From: the human T2T-CHM13v2.0 reference genome, Homo sapiens
DNA length: 64,000 nt
Assembly (NCBI RefSeq): GCF_009914755.1
Contig: NC_060939.1
Direction: 5' to 3' (one strand)
The translations under genes were made by a program, and so were the position numbers. Each line of letters starts with the position of its first letter. The first letter of the stretch is position 1. Under the pieces are notes generated by a model that was not told the DNA's origin, did no database searches, and saw nothing but the letters and a program-made list of their open reading frames with translations. Positions 29,756-43,941 of the stretch are shown here, in pieces.

Positions 29756-30256
29756 TGGGGGTGTGGCCAAGATGACTGACTAGAAGCAGTGGCAATCAAA
29801 GGCTCCCATCTAAAAGAACCAAAACAGCATCCAAATCTTGCACTGGCAACTGAGGTTATCCAAGTTCTATCATCAGGATTGACTAGGTGGCTGGTGTGAC
29901 CCACGGAGAGGAAGGAATAGCAGTGTGGTGAGGTGGCCCACCTGAAAGCTACATGGGGGAGGTGAGCCCCCAGCCAAGAGAGGCCGTGAGTGAGCGTGCT
30001 ACGCAACCTGGGAAGCCATGCTTTTTCCATGGAACTGTGCAACCCACAGATCAGAATATCCCACTTGTGACCCCATACTACCATGGCCTAGGATCCCAAC
30101 CACGGAGCCGCACAAATTCTCAACAGCTAGAATCTATCTAAGCCTGTTGCATTCCCGGGCAGAGGGGCAGCCATCACCACAGCTGTGGCTGCCTGCTGTC
30201 TAAGCCATCTGAGCTTCTTGCGGGAGGGGCGGCAGCCAACACTGGGACTGCTAGTT
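29756..30256 (+). mobile_element. L1PA-family 5'UTR fragment (truncated at an Alu)
   Basis: Begins gggggtgtggccaagatgactgactagaagcag, typical of older L1PA 5' ends; relatively GC-rich. Confidence 0.7.
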
Positions 30257-31277
<1,021 letters not shown>

Positions 31278-31430
31278 CTATATATATTTTAAGCAGAAAA
31301 GGATTTATTTTTATTTTTATTTTTTTACTTTAAGTTCTGGGATACGTGTGCAGAATGTGCAGGTTTGTTACATAGGTATACGTGTGCCATGTGGTTTGCT
31401 GCACCTATTGACCTGTCCTCTAAATTCCCT
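31278..31430 (-). mobile_element. Short L1PA 3' end insertion
   Basis: ttttactttaagttctgggatac...; TSD cagtca(a/g)ttgattttcttt at 31258 and 31431. Confidence 0.8.
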
Positions 31431-31449
31431 CAGTCAGTTGATTTTCTTT

Positions 31450-31742
<293 letters not shown>

Positions 31743-32938
31743 AAAAAAATAGTCTGTTAAAGCTTCTTAAGGTAAATCCAGTTTAAAAACTAGAAAGATA
31801 AAATAATGTTTCCTTCTGACCTAATTTAAAAGGACCCAGGAAACAAAGTCCTCTACAGAAATCACAGGGGGTGATACAGAGGGAAAGAAAGCAAATGAAG
31901 GAAGTAATAAAGGTACATCCAAGGCAGGATGGACGTGCAGGCATCATAGTCACAGCCATAAACCAGATGAACTCCTCAGAAAAGTGGAAGGCTCGTAATC
32001 TTGATTCGAAAACAAAACTCAGTGACTCAGCGTCCACAAAACACGGCTAAAACCAAAAATACAGGCACACAACCTAAAAGGAGGTGTCAAGGACTGCCCT
32101 ACTGTTACTCCGCTGACCATCAGATAAAGTAGGTGGTTAGTTAAAAGACCGAGTGCCAGTGAAAGGAAGCAGCTGGCTTTTCGGAACCAGTGCTTTCGGG
32201 ATCTGTTTAACTGTCCTCCCACGGTCCTTGAGGCCTCATAACAAACCTACACGGGCTATGGTATCACAGATCGCCCTGCCCAGGCTGCCCAGGGGTCTGC
32301 TAGGCTTGTAGTGGTGAGTGGGTGCTTCCCTGCCTTCCACTGCTCCTAGGAAATTGCTGCAGTCAAGGGCTTTCTGGAATGAAAATGTTGCAGCTGAGCC
32401 TGAAAGCCACAGCAAGGTGTGACATTCTTATTAGTTTTTCTTAACTTACAAAAATGACACATGAACATGCTTTTTTAAAATTTTTCAAATTATAGAGGAA
32501 TTTATACAGTAAAAAATGAAAGTCCTCTTGTCCCCAACCATCCCGCTGGGCAAACAACACAAAACCGCAAAGTCCTTTCTTCCAGAGCTAACTACTATTA
32601 ATAGTTTGATGTCCATCAGCCTGGACATTATTTTCTACACATATTCAAACATATGTATGTAGGAAGTAGGCGGGATGTGGGGCAAATCATTTAATCCCTC
32701 TGTATGTCAGTTTTCTGAGCCTTAAAATGGGGGCAATGATATTACTCTCATAGGGTTATTGTGAGGGTTATATGAGTTAAGATATTTGGTATTCTCAGAA
32801 TAGTGTCTGGCCTATAGTGGGCACCCAGTTTCAGCTGTTGTGATTCATTCCTTATTTCTCGTTCACAGAAGCTTAGCATTCTATTGTAGAGATGATAACG
32901 ATTCTGAGAGGTTTCACTGACTCCTACCTGGATAGTTA

Positions 32939-33121
<183 letters not shown>

Positions 33122-35094
33122 GAACATACTCACTATTAGCTCTCCTGAAATTAATGGGTTGGGGACCCTGGCCCAGAACTCAGAACCCTGCCTCTGGTCT
33201 GGTATTGTTTTCACCACACCACAGGGTCCCCCACAATTCCCCCTTAAAAGCTGAAACTGTCTGGATGGAGCAGCTGGTCCTACTCCTTGTCCCTCAGTGA
33301 CGTCCAGCTCCGTTGTCTTATTTGCACCCTAGGCTGTCTCTGGTGGGTTTCTGGGGCAGGGGGCTCTAGGCCAGGTGAGCCCTCCTCTTGCTGCAGTCTC
33401 TGGACGTGCCCCTCCTGGTCCTCGAGGTTTGGCTTCCCCTTCCACACAGTGAGTCACTACATGTTGAGACTGCCGGCCTGAGGATTCCCGGCTGCTCTGG
33501 GTTTAGCTCAGGCTAATGGGCACGATGGAAACAGCTGGGAGCTGGGAGTGAGGTCTGGTTGCTTATGAGGCTACAGACATTTCCAGAGCTCCTTCTACAT
33601 GCCAGGCACTGTGCCAGCCAGTTAGGGACACCTCCATAATGTAGGTGTGAGACTTGGTCATGGCTTCTGGAGGTCCCCGTCCATGTGAACCAACCGCCCA
33701 GAGCTCCTGGATCCAGCGGCTCTTCAGAGGGGCATCAGGGGAGCAGAGCAGAGCAGGCTGGTAAGAGGCAGCTCCTAAGTGCTGACACCTGGTTCCTCTC
33801 CTCCTCCCTGCCTGGCCTCTGGGCCTGCTGCCATCTCTCTTTCCCTGGCAGGTTTGTGGAATTGCTGAGAATGCTGGGTCAAGGCCAGGCTGAGGCCTTT
33901 TCTGCCACCCTGGGAACTCTTCACGTACCTTCAAGCACCTTTGCAGACTCAGGGCTCAGAGCTGGAAAAGTCTTGAGGGTCATTCATCCTACTCATTTAA
34001 CAGGTCAAGAGAGAAAATTTGGTGAGACAAGGGCAGGGGCACAAGCACTTAATAAGCATAATCAGAGTGCCATTCACCAGGGGAAGAGCATCAGGCTTCT
34101 TTATTCTGTCCCTATGACAAGCCTGAGGCTTGTTTTATTTTTCCCACTTAAAGGATGAGGAACCTGAAGCTTGAAGGAGTCAAGTGAGTTGCTCGAGGTC
34201 ATCAGGAAGCAGAGTAGCCTAACGTGTACTCACCTCTTCCTTACTATAGGGAGCCCAAGACATCTACACAACCCACTGGTCTCTTCCTTTACAAGTGCCT
34301 CTTCCAAATGCAGGAGAGCTGTCCCTCCAGTCAGCCACAGGCCCATGGCCAGACACAGACTGGATGACAGAAACTTTCCCAGCCAACCACCTTGGCAATG
34401 TCTGTTTTCCCTTCAGAAGCATCATTCCCTCTGGAACCCCATTCCGGAGGAAGGCAGCATGGCAGGAGCAAGGGCCTTCCTCAGGTCCTAGTTTTGTTGG
34501 GTGTTCAGCAAGGTGTGGGGATTTAGTGTGTGGTGCAGGGGAAGGCAAGTTGGGGTTGGCCCAGGAGAGCTCTGGCTAGAGCCTGTCTGTCCCTGTGCTA
34601 TGCTGAAAGCCCAGCTGCTCCCCAGAACCAGCAGCCCCAGTCCCCAAAGGCCAGAGCTGAGTCACTTTCTTCAGTCTGCCCTGGATGACTAGTTCCTTGC
34701 CTCCCAGCTTTTTCCGCATTCACCTTCTCACAGATCATGTGTTGGACTCCTTCTGCTTACTGATAACAGTTTTCCCAGAAGTTCCTGAGAATCGTTAAAC
34801 CTTAATACTGTCAGCGCTGGCAGCCCTATCCCATCTCACATGATGAGTGGCAAAAGATATGATTCCCTTTGGTATTCCTGAAAGCAGATAGCGCAAATAT
34901 GCAAGAGCACTCGAAAATCTACACAGTATTGTTAAGCTATATAAGCACAGCGTTACATACACATATGTGCCCACAGAATGAAACAGCAATGTGACAAATG
35001 CTTTCGAATCACTCAGAAGGCAAAGTTCCTTAAGGGTTCTACAAATTGCCAAGTTTCTTGGGGTCTGAGCATCTAAGATCTGCATATTAACACC

Positions 35095-35528
35095 TGCTAT
35101 GGTTTGAGTTTGACCCCACCAAAACTCATGTTGAAATTTGATCCCCAACGTGGCAGTTTTGGGAGCAGATGGCTAATGGGAGGTGTTTGGGTCATAAGGA
35201 CAGATTCCTCCCAAATGGCTTGGTGCCATTTTCGCGGTAGTGAGTTCTCACTCTAGCAAGACTGGATTCTCTCAGGAACGGATTAGATCCACAAGAGTGG
35301 GTTGTTACAAAGCCAGGATGTCCCTTGAGTTTGGCCTCTTCACATGTGTCTGCTTCCCCTTTGACTTTCTCTGCAATGTTATAGTGTAGCACAAAAGCCC
35401 TTACCAGAAGGCAGTGCCATGCCCTTAAACTTCCCGGCCTGCAAAACTGTGAGCTAAATAAACCCCTTTATTTGTAAATCACTCAGTCCCAAGTATTCTG
35501 TTATAGCAACACAAAATGGACTAAGCCA
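35095..35528 (+). mobile_element. MST-family MaLR solo LTR
   Basis: tgctatggtttg...ccccaccaaaactcatgttgaaatttgatcccc...atagcaacacaaaatggactaagcca. Confidence 0.82.
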
Positions 35529-35655
35529 GTACCCAGTCCAAGTCATTTTATGCCACATGGATTTGCACCTACTTGGAGAGGTCAGAACCAATAAGGAACA
35601 TTCTACACACACCACCCTTACTTCTTCCTGGTGATTTGTTAAAGTTTGGTGAATG

Positions 35656-35951
35656 GGCCGGGTGCGGTGGCTCTTGCCTGTAATTCTAGCACTTTGGGAG
35701 GCCGAGGCGAGTAGATTGCCTGAGCTCAAGAGACCAGCCAGGGCAACATAGTGAAACCCAGTATCTACTAAAATACAAAAAAATTAGCCAGGCGTGGTGG
35801 TGTGTGCCTGTAATCCTGGCTACTCAGGAGGCTGAGACAGGAGAATCTCTTGGATCTGGGATGTGGAGGTTGCAGTGAGCTGAGATCACGCCACTGCACT
35901 CCAGCCTGGGCGACAGAATGAGATCCTGTCTCCAAAAAAAAAAAAAAAAAA
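35656..35951 (+). mobile_element. Alu SINE
   Basis: Full Alu; TSD aa(a/g)gtttggtgaatg. Confidence 0.92.
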
Positions 35952-35965
35952 GGTTTGGTGAATGG

Positions 35966-36858
35966 CCTTTCTTTAGAGTTGCAGGGGCTCCTGCCCTAAA
36001 CTTCTCAGTGAAACAGATCTCAATGGTCTTATGCTCCTCCCTCTCCCCCATTGTTTCTTTTGCTGTTTCATTGCTGACAGTGTTCAACAGCAATATGCCC
36101 CATCTTTATATATCGTAAGAAACACTAATTCTAGGTTATTACAAGCAGAAATATTTTTGTCCTGAATAACATTGTTACTGGGCCAAAAGATAGATCAGGA
36201 GTCCCAGACTTTAGTTTCCTGAAATTGCCAGGTCAGGCACAAGGGGAAGGGGCTCCTGGATATTGACTAACTTGGGTGGGCCTAGCCAGGAGAAAGATAG
36301 CAACATGTGCTCTGTACTTTCTGGGAAGATCCCTGAAGCCATCACGGAGGCTCCCCAACTTCCGAGTCGCCTATCTGTTGCTGTGGCAGTGGGAATGGAT
36401 TACTTAAGGAGAGGGCACTTTGCTCTCTGTAGGTGGGCAAGTTTCCCGGGCTCTCTGTTTTGCCTCCCTCTGGCTTCTTCCTCCTGGGCCCTCTGCTGTG
36501 TGCCACAGGGGATCAGGGATTCTCATCTTCCTGAGGACCAGTGGGGAAGAGTGAACATGGCAGCCTCAAGGTTAGCTGAAGCTGCCATTTGCCCAGCCTC
36601 TTCCATCCCAACCATGTCAGTGAGCCCAGGTCTGGTTAACTATTGCAGAATGCCTGTAGTAGGGAACTCTGGAAGTGTATTGGGCTGAGGTGGGATTTTC
36701 CCTCCCCACAATGCCCTGAGCAATGGAAGTGGTGAGGGGTGAGCGAGTCAGGCTGCTGAATTCTGTTGGCATTCCCTCCTTGTGTAAAATGGGGTGTTGG
36801 GGTGGGGCAGCCTCTGCTTGGATTTGGTTGTAAGATAAACCTGGAGGAGAAAAAAAAA
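35966..36858 (+). pseudogene. 5'-truncated processed retrocopy of an mRNA 3'UTR (source uncertain)
   Basis: Non-repeat-like ~890 bp ending GATAAA...A9, flanked by direct repeats AAGGTTTGGTGAATGG / AAAGTTTGGTGAACGG. Confidence 0.65.
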
Positions 36859-37815
36859 GTTTGGTGAACGGTACCCAGTGTCCCCTGGAATTGAGGTGGA
36901 GGGACGGGGTAGGGAAGGCTTCCAGTATAAGTTCATTGATGGCGGCTCACTGCTCCACAGTAGCTGGGCCACAGTTCCCTGTGAATTCTGTGCCAGTCCT
37001 TTACAGGAGCTGTTTGTTGTCATGTCCTGGCAGTAGTCCCAGAGCTAAAAGGGACCACCAATTTTACTAATAAGGAAACTGGGGCCTGGAAAATGGCAAT
37101 CTGTCCAAGTTTATGGGTCTAGGCCCCTGCTTTCCCAAGGGTGGCCTGAAGCCAGAGAGCCAGTGGCTTCATGGCCTCATCCTCAGCAGCCCCTGTGAGC
37201 TACCCAAGACCCCAGAGTCCTCCCACATCACACAAGGCCTGGGGCACCCCCAGAGATTTTCTTAGACAGTCTGAATGTCAATACTGTGTTTTCTTGTCTA
37301 ACCAGGTCACCTTAAAAATGTGTGTACCCTTAACCCCAGCTATTTTCATTCTAAAATATAACTTCAAGAAATAACATATTAATAACTTCAGGAAATAATG
37401 AGTCAGGAGAACAAAAATATGCAACAAGGGTTGTCATTGCAACTTTATTATTAGAGCAAAACTCTGTAAACTATCCAAACACTCAAAATACTGCAATTTG
37501 CTTTATAAATGATAGTCTATCCACACAATGGGATGTGGTGATTTAAAATAATGATGTGTATAATTATTGACATAGAAAGAAATTTAGCCATTTATTAAAT
37601 GAAAACAAGTATGTTTGTAAAATGGTATCCAGAAGACAAAGGACCCAGTTTCTTCAACATAACAGTGGCATGTGAACCAAAATGTAGGGGGAACTATAAT
37701 AAAGAGGCTTAAGAAAGAAGAAAAAATAAAAAATAAAACAGGCTTAATATATCAACCGCATGCAATATGTTTAGATCCTGATTCCAGAAAAGCAAGTGTA
37801 AAAAAGTAAAGTTTT

Positions 37816-38080
37816 GGCTGGGCATGGTGGCTCATGCCTGTAATCTCAGTGCTTTGGGAAACTGAGGCAGGAAGATTGCTTGAGGCCAGGAATTCAAGAA
37901 CACTCTGGGCCACATAGTGAGACCTTTTTAAATTTTTTTCTCTACAAAAAGTAGCCAGGCATGGTGGTGCATGCCTATAATCCCAGCTACTCCAGAGGCT
38001 GAGACAGGAGGATCACTTGAACCCAGGAGTTTGATATTGCAGTGAGCTCTGATCAAGACCCTGTCTTTGGGGGAAAAAAA
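37816..38080 (+). mobile_element. AluJ inside an old L1M 3' fragment (~37380-38290)
   Basis: AluJ diagnostics (gattgcttgaggccagg); flanking AT-rich L1M-like sequence. Confidence 0.85.
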
Positions 38081-39779
38081 AGTAATTTTTTCTGTTTTTT
38101 AGATGAGGGAAAATATGGCATGGATTGACGGGGTATTAGCTATTATGAAATTATTATTAGTTTTGTCAGGTATAGTAATGGGAATTATTTAATAATTGTG
38201 ATTTTTTTAAAGTCCTCGTCTGTTTATGAGTAAAATGAAAAAAGTAAAGTACACTCCCATTAATGTTTACAAATGCATGCACATGTTTGATATGTATAGA
38301 TTCATGGAAAGGGGCTGCAGGAAGCCCAGGAATTCATTCCTACCACCACCACAACCAACTAAGTGCTCAATCAATATTGATTGACTCAGTGAATCAGTCC
38401 CGGAACCAAGAATGTGAATTCCCCACAAGCTCCCCGACCTTGGGAGGCCCAGCAGCCTCTGTGTGCTCTGTCACCAGTGCCTGGCACTTGATTCACGCTT
38501 TCAGTCAACACTGAGGTCCCCACCCAGTCAGCTCCACGAGTGCTAGGGAGTGAAGACGTGTCAGGGCGGAGAGCTGGGAAGGACCCCACAGGCAACCTGG
38601 AAGCAGCGGACTGCTCCATGGACCCTAAAGGAGAAAGAGGACATGTTGGCTCCTCTAATTCCCTCTTGCAGCCCACCTCTGGCTACAGCAGATGCTGGTG
38701 TGAAGTCACCTCTGCACTCAGTCACTGGTTCTCTGACATCTTCCCCACCCAGTCTCCCTTGTGTAGCACAGTCCTGCCTCCTCCCTCCTGACTCCTATTG
38801 TGTGTGCAGGAGGCCTGTTGGGGAGTTGGTGGAGCCAGAGGTTAGGAGAAAGAGAGGCAAATAGGATTTATGGGATATTTGCCTTTCCTAAGAACTGTCC
38901 TCTGCTCATGATGTCAACCTAGGTTCAAGGTACAGAGGCCAAATAACAGGGAAGCAATGCTCAGAAATTAGCAGCCAGCTGGGACAGAGGCTGGGTCTGG
39001 CTACAGGCGGTGGGGCCTGGTCAGGGTCATCTCTGGGTGGCCTCCTCCACACACTGACTTCTACCTAGGGCTCAGGGAGGAGGAGGATGAAGGGGCAGCA
39101 GTGAAATGGCTTCACGAGGCATGCATAGGCTGCAGGAAGTGCCTCCAAGACACCAGCAGACATTCTCTGGTAGAGCCTCTGCCCCTCACTCCCAGCTTCC
39201 TTCTCTCTTAAAGCCCTGGCTGAAGCAGACACTGAGCTCCTTCTCTGGGCACCTGAAAGGGGGCACAGGGCGTGAGGATGATGTTTCCACCAAGACTGCT
39301 TAGTGCATCTTCTCATCAGTAGGAGCTGCTTGGTGGGGGTGGTGGCATGGGGAGCATCATTTGTCCTCTAGGACTGGACACCTCAGGCCTATGAGAGGCA
39401 GCATGTTGTAAAGGATTTGATGTCAGGATTCCTGGGTTCTGTCTAATCCTGGGCCATTGACTAACCCACTGTGTGATTTGCCAAGTCACTTCCCCAATCT
39501 GAGCCTCAATTTCCTCTCTCGTTAACTGAAGGGTTGTGTTGTAAGACAATCTTAAGGTCTCCTCTGGCATTTATATCTTCTTTATCTACAAAATGATTGT
39601 GTATGTGGCTTGTCATGAGGATTAGAGATAATTCATGTCAATGAAATTATATTTGGTACAGAAAATATGTAACCTTCAAAAATCCTGGGATCCTTCCCTC
39701 TGGGAAATGGGTAACCTGAGTCCATTCCCCACTAAACAGGACCATAAACAGCAGCATGAGTCAGATACCACCACCAATA

Positions 39780-39785
39780 TTTATT
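39780..39785 (-). terminator. Candidate polyadenylation signal AATAAA of the SORD-like 3'UTR
   Basis: TTTATT on +, ~1.3 kb after the stop, followed on - by GU-rich sequence. More distal AATAAA candidates at 37591-37596 and 37444-37449. Confidence 0.55.
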
Positions 39786-41069
39786 ACCCAAAGCAATCTG
39801 AAAGAATCGGGCACAAGGTCATGGCTTTCCCAGGTTACAAGAAAATCAGAACCTCTTCAAACTCACCCTCCACCCATAGCCAAAGTAAGGAATTAAAGGC
39901 TATAGCTCAAGCTATGTCATGGCTACTATATCCTCATTCTTGATGAATAGTCTCAAAGTCACAAGTTGGCATGATGCGATTTAGGTCCAAATCTTACCAG
40001 AAAAAAAACCCACCATTAAAATAAGACAAGTTCATAGAAATCATTCCAACAGAAAGATACCAAGAGCCTTTACTGGTAATGAGAAGAGGAAAGATTTTCT
40101 GTTTATAATAACCAGAAAGAAATGGAATTGTCTAATAACCATCAATTGAGTATGAGCCTAGTTGAGTTGAGTATGAGTCTAGTATGGCATGCTAATCTTC
40201 TGGGGTGGGGGAAGTCCTGTGAGCTAACCAAACCCTCCTGGTCTCTGGTGAGGTCCACAAGTAGCAGTTTCCTGGTTGCCTGGTGACAAGGGACCGTACT
40301 TAGGGGTGGGGTGGGGCATGTTGGGGAGGGGGTCCTTCACTTGGCAAGTGAAATAACACAATTCTCAGAAGCTGTAGAAGAGGCAATCTTCAAACAGTGC
40401 TGAGTAGTCCTCTTACTTTTTCCACATTAGGGGAATGCAAACTGGTTTAACCTCACATGACATTTCCTTTTTTGTTTGTTTGTTTTTTTCATTTGATTGG
40501 TTTAAAAATTATCCTGGATCCAGGAAAGTGATGCCTTTTCTTATTCTCCTTTTATCATCAAAACAAACAGCCAATATGTCTCTAGAAACATTGCGTTCTA
40601 AACTGGAAGTGCTGACAAGCCTTCATCCCAGACCCTGAGTGGCAGATTTTCATGAAAATCAGCTTCTGGGCCAGTTAAGTCTTCATGAAGTTATCTTTTC
40701 ATAACTCAGCCCTCATTCCCCTCTGGGTCAGTAGCAGTGGAACCAGGAAACCCAAGGGCCAGATTTCCTTCCTCAATGAAGGCACTCCAGGAAGAAGGGG
40801 AGTTCCTGGCACCTGCCTGCCAAACTCTGCTCTACTTGCTGAACTTTGCTCAGCATGAACAGGGCATTCTGGCTACAAGTTCCCCCAAACTATCCCAGAT
40901 TGTATCTTTAAGGCACACCAATTCCTCTGCGTAAGGACTTCTGTTCACAATGAATTGTATTAGTTATTCTTAACATTCAAAAGAGAAAGTTCTGCATCAG
41001 AGCCCACCCATGTCCAGCCATTGTGCCCTGAGATCCCGAGACTGGGGATGAGGGCAGAGCCCATTAACA

Positions 41070-41267
<198 letters not shown>

Positions 41268-41869
41268 TCAAGAGGAAAGAGCCAGGTGCCCCAAACTACC
41301 AAGCACTAGATCAGCTTGGCCGTATTTATTGATAGCACTGTGGTTCTGCAAAGCCAATTTTACAGGCCAACAACCCAGGAAAGGACCTTATGGCTTATGA
41401 TTCAGGGGTACAGAGCCTATTTGCAATTGCCCCCACCCCTCACCCACCCGCTCACTCTGCCACGTCTGCCATGGAGCCTAGAATTCCTGTGGCATGAAGG
41501 TACGAGGCACATGGTGGAGGCCACTGGGAAAAGGCAGAGAAGCCGTGGGGAGGCAGCCCGGGACAATCCAGTCACACCCACTAACAGCTCAGCTTACTGG
41601 AAAACTGGCGCCCTGATGAGGGCAGGGAGTTACAGCCTCTAAAGCCAGGAGTAAGGGACACTGCTGGGGAGAGGGGTCCCAGCCAGAGGGCCCCAGCAGG
41701 GGAGAGGGTGGAGCTGCAGAACATGGGTGGGGCAAACTAAGACCCTTTCGCTCCCCAGGGTGGGCCCTAGGGCTAAGGAACGGAAGCCACAGGACTTGAT
41801 TTCTTCCTTTTGTCCTCCTTTCTCTCCTTCTTCCCTTTAAATGGAGAAAATGGAGACCTGGTAACTTAA

Positions 41870-42277
<408 letters not shown>

Positions 42278-42462
42278 TTCCCATTCTTTAATTGGGAGTG
42301 AGTGTTCTCTCTTTGGATCCCTGTTATATCACACAGCTATCAGTGTGGCCAGGGAGTGCCCCCCATGAACAAACAGGCAGAGACTCATGGGCCAGAGGCT
42401 GAGTGGGGCCTGCCATGGTCTTGCTGGAGGCTGGGCATCCCGGCTCACCCACAGCATACTCA

Positions 42463-42612
<150 letters not shown>

Positions 42613-43405
42613 TCAGAAGATAAGAAATACTGACTTCCCACTTACAATAACATATTGTCATCACACAAGTATCTTCTGGTTGCATCAGCTGAGCATCCAA
42701 AAATTCCTGAGAATGTGATTTGTGTACACTGCTGAACTGCTCAACCTGCCAACCAAACTTAACTGAGCGGGAGAGTAAACACGGTTTTCTTTAAAGTGTA
42801 TTGTGAAAACATACACTTAACCCATGGAGAACCAGGCACAGTGGGAACATCTTCCAAAGCTTTACAGATTCGGGACCCAATATTGGCTTCAGCCACCTCC
42901 ACAGTCTAAGCACCTGTTCCTCCCCCAGAGCGCCCCTCCACAGGCAGCACTTTCATCAGAGCTGGAAGGAACCACTGGCCCTCTAAGCTCACCGGTGGTG
43001 AGAAAACTATAAACATGAGACAGATGGGCCACTTGTATTCTGTGGCTTAAAAAAGGCTTCATACATGCGTGCAGGCTGGCAGTTAGAAATCTTTTTGTTC
43101 CAGAGATGTTTACCTCAACAGTATGAGCCATAATGGGTTTTGTCTTCCTTGAATGTTTATCTGCCTTATCAGTTCCCCACTTGGAGTGGGTCACAGGCAG
43201 CAGTGAAATTTCTCCTGAAAATTTCCCCAGAACTCCCTGTGAGTGCTGTGCTTGTTCCAGAGCTTTCTGGGGATCACTGTGCTCAGTGCGGTGAGAGACA
43301 GAACAATGGATAATTCAATCATGCTGGTTGTTCATTATAGTCAGCAGCAAGCATTTATTGGGACCATTCTAGGTGCTAAACAGTGGAACTAGAGAAAGGC
43401 ACATG

Positions 43406-43478
43406 TCACAGCCTCCATTTCTGAGATGAAGGATACACCACGATCACAGCCTCCACTTCTGAGATGAAGGATACACCA
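43406..43478 (+). repeat. Two-copy tandem duplication, period 38 bp
   Basis: tcacagcctcca(t/c)ttctgagatgaaggatacacca at 43406 and 43444. Confidence 0.93.
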
Positions 43479-43860
43479 TGGAGAGAGGCCTGTGGTGCCG
43501 TGAGCAAGAGGTGAACTCAGGGTTTGAGTGGTGTGGGAGTGACTCCCAGCGCTGCTGCTTCAGAGCTGTGGCACCCTGGACGTGCCCTCTCAGCCCATTT
43601 TCTAGGGAAACTACTTCCTTATCAGCACTTCCTCTCTACCTGGTGGTGAGGAGGAACACCAACTGGCCATTCCAAGCTGCCAAGATGCCAGCAGTTTGCT
43701 GACCCAAGGTCAAGGAATGCTGGAACCACCTGGACACTATCCTGTAGGTATGGCATCTGCATCAAGGATATGACATCAATTCTACCCCAAGGCATCTGCC
43801 ATGTCTCATCACAAACACTATCCAGTCATAACCTGGCAGGACGGCGATGCTCAGATTTGT

Positions 43861-43941
43861 CCATATTTGGTCCAGCCACCTAGCCTGCTCATTGGCGGGG
43901 TGGCCTATAGCATTCTACAGCACCCGTCATGCGTGACGTCA
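43861..43941. promoter_or_regulatory. Candidate enhancer in intron 7: CArG box, inverted CCAAT, GC/KLF box, PAX paired-domain site, full CRE
   Basis: CCATATTTGG (43861-70), ATTGG (43891-95), GGCGGGGTGG, CCGTCATGCGTGACG (43924-38), TGACGTCA (43934-41). Confidence 0.5.

Noticed and set aside
33685-34579. Longest ORFs (157 aa, 123 aa, 106 aa)
   Set aside because: Non-ATG starts, no recognisable domain, overlapping in several frames in GC-richer DNA; consistent with chance.
40188-40201. CATGCTAATCTTCT, a 14-nt match to antisense U6 snRNA
   Set aside because: The flanks do not extend the U6 match; likely coincidental.
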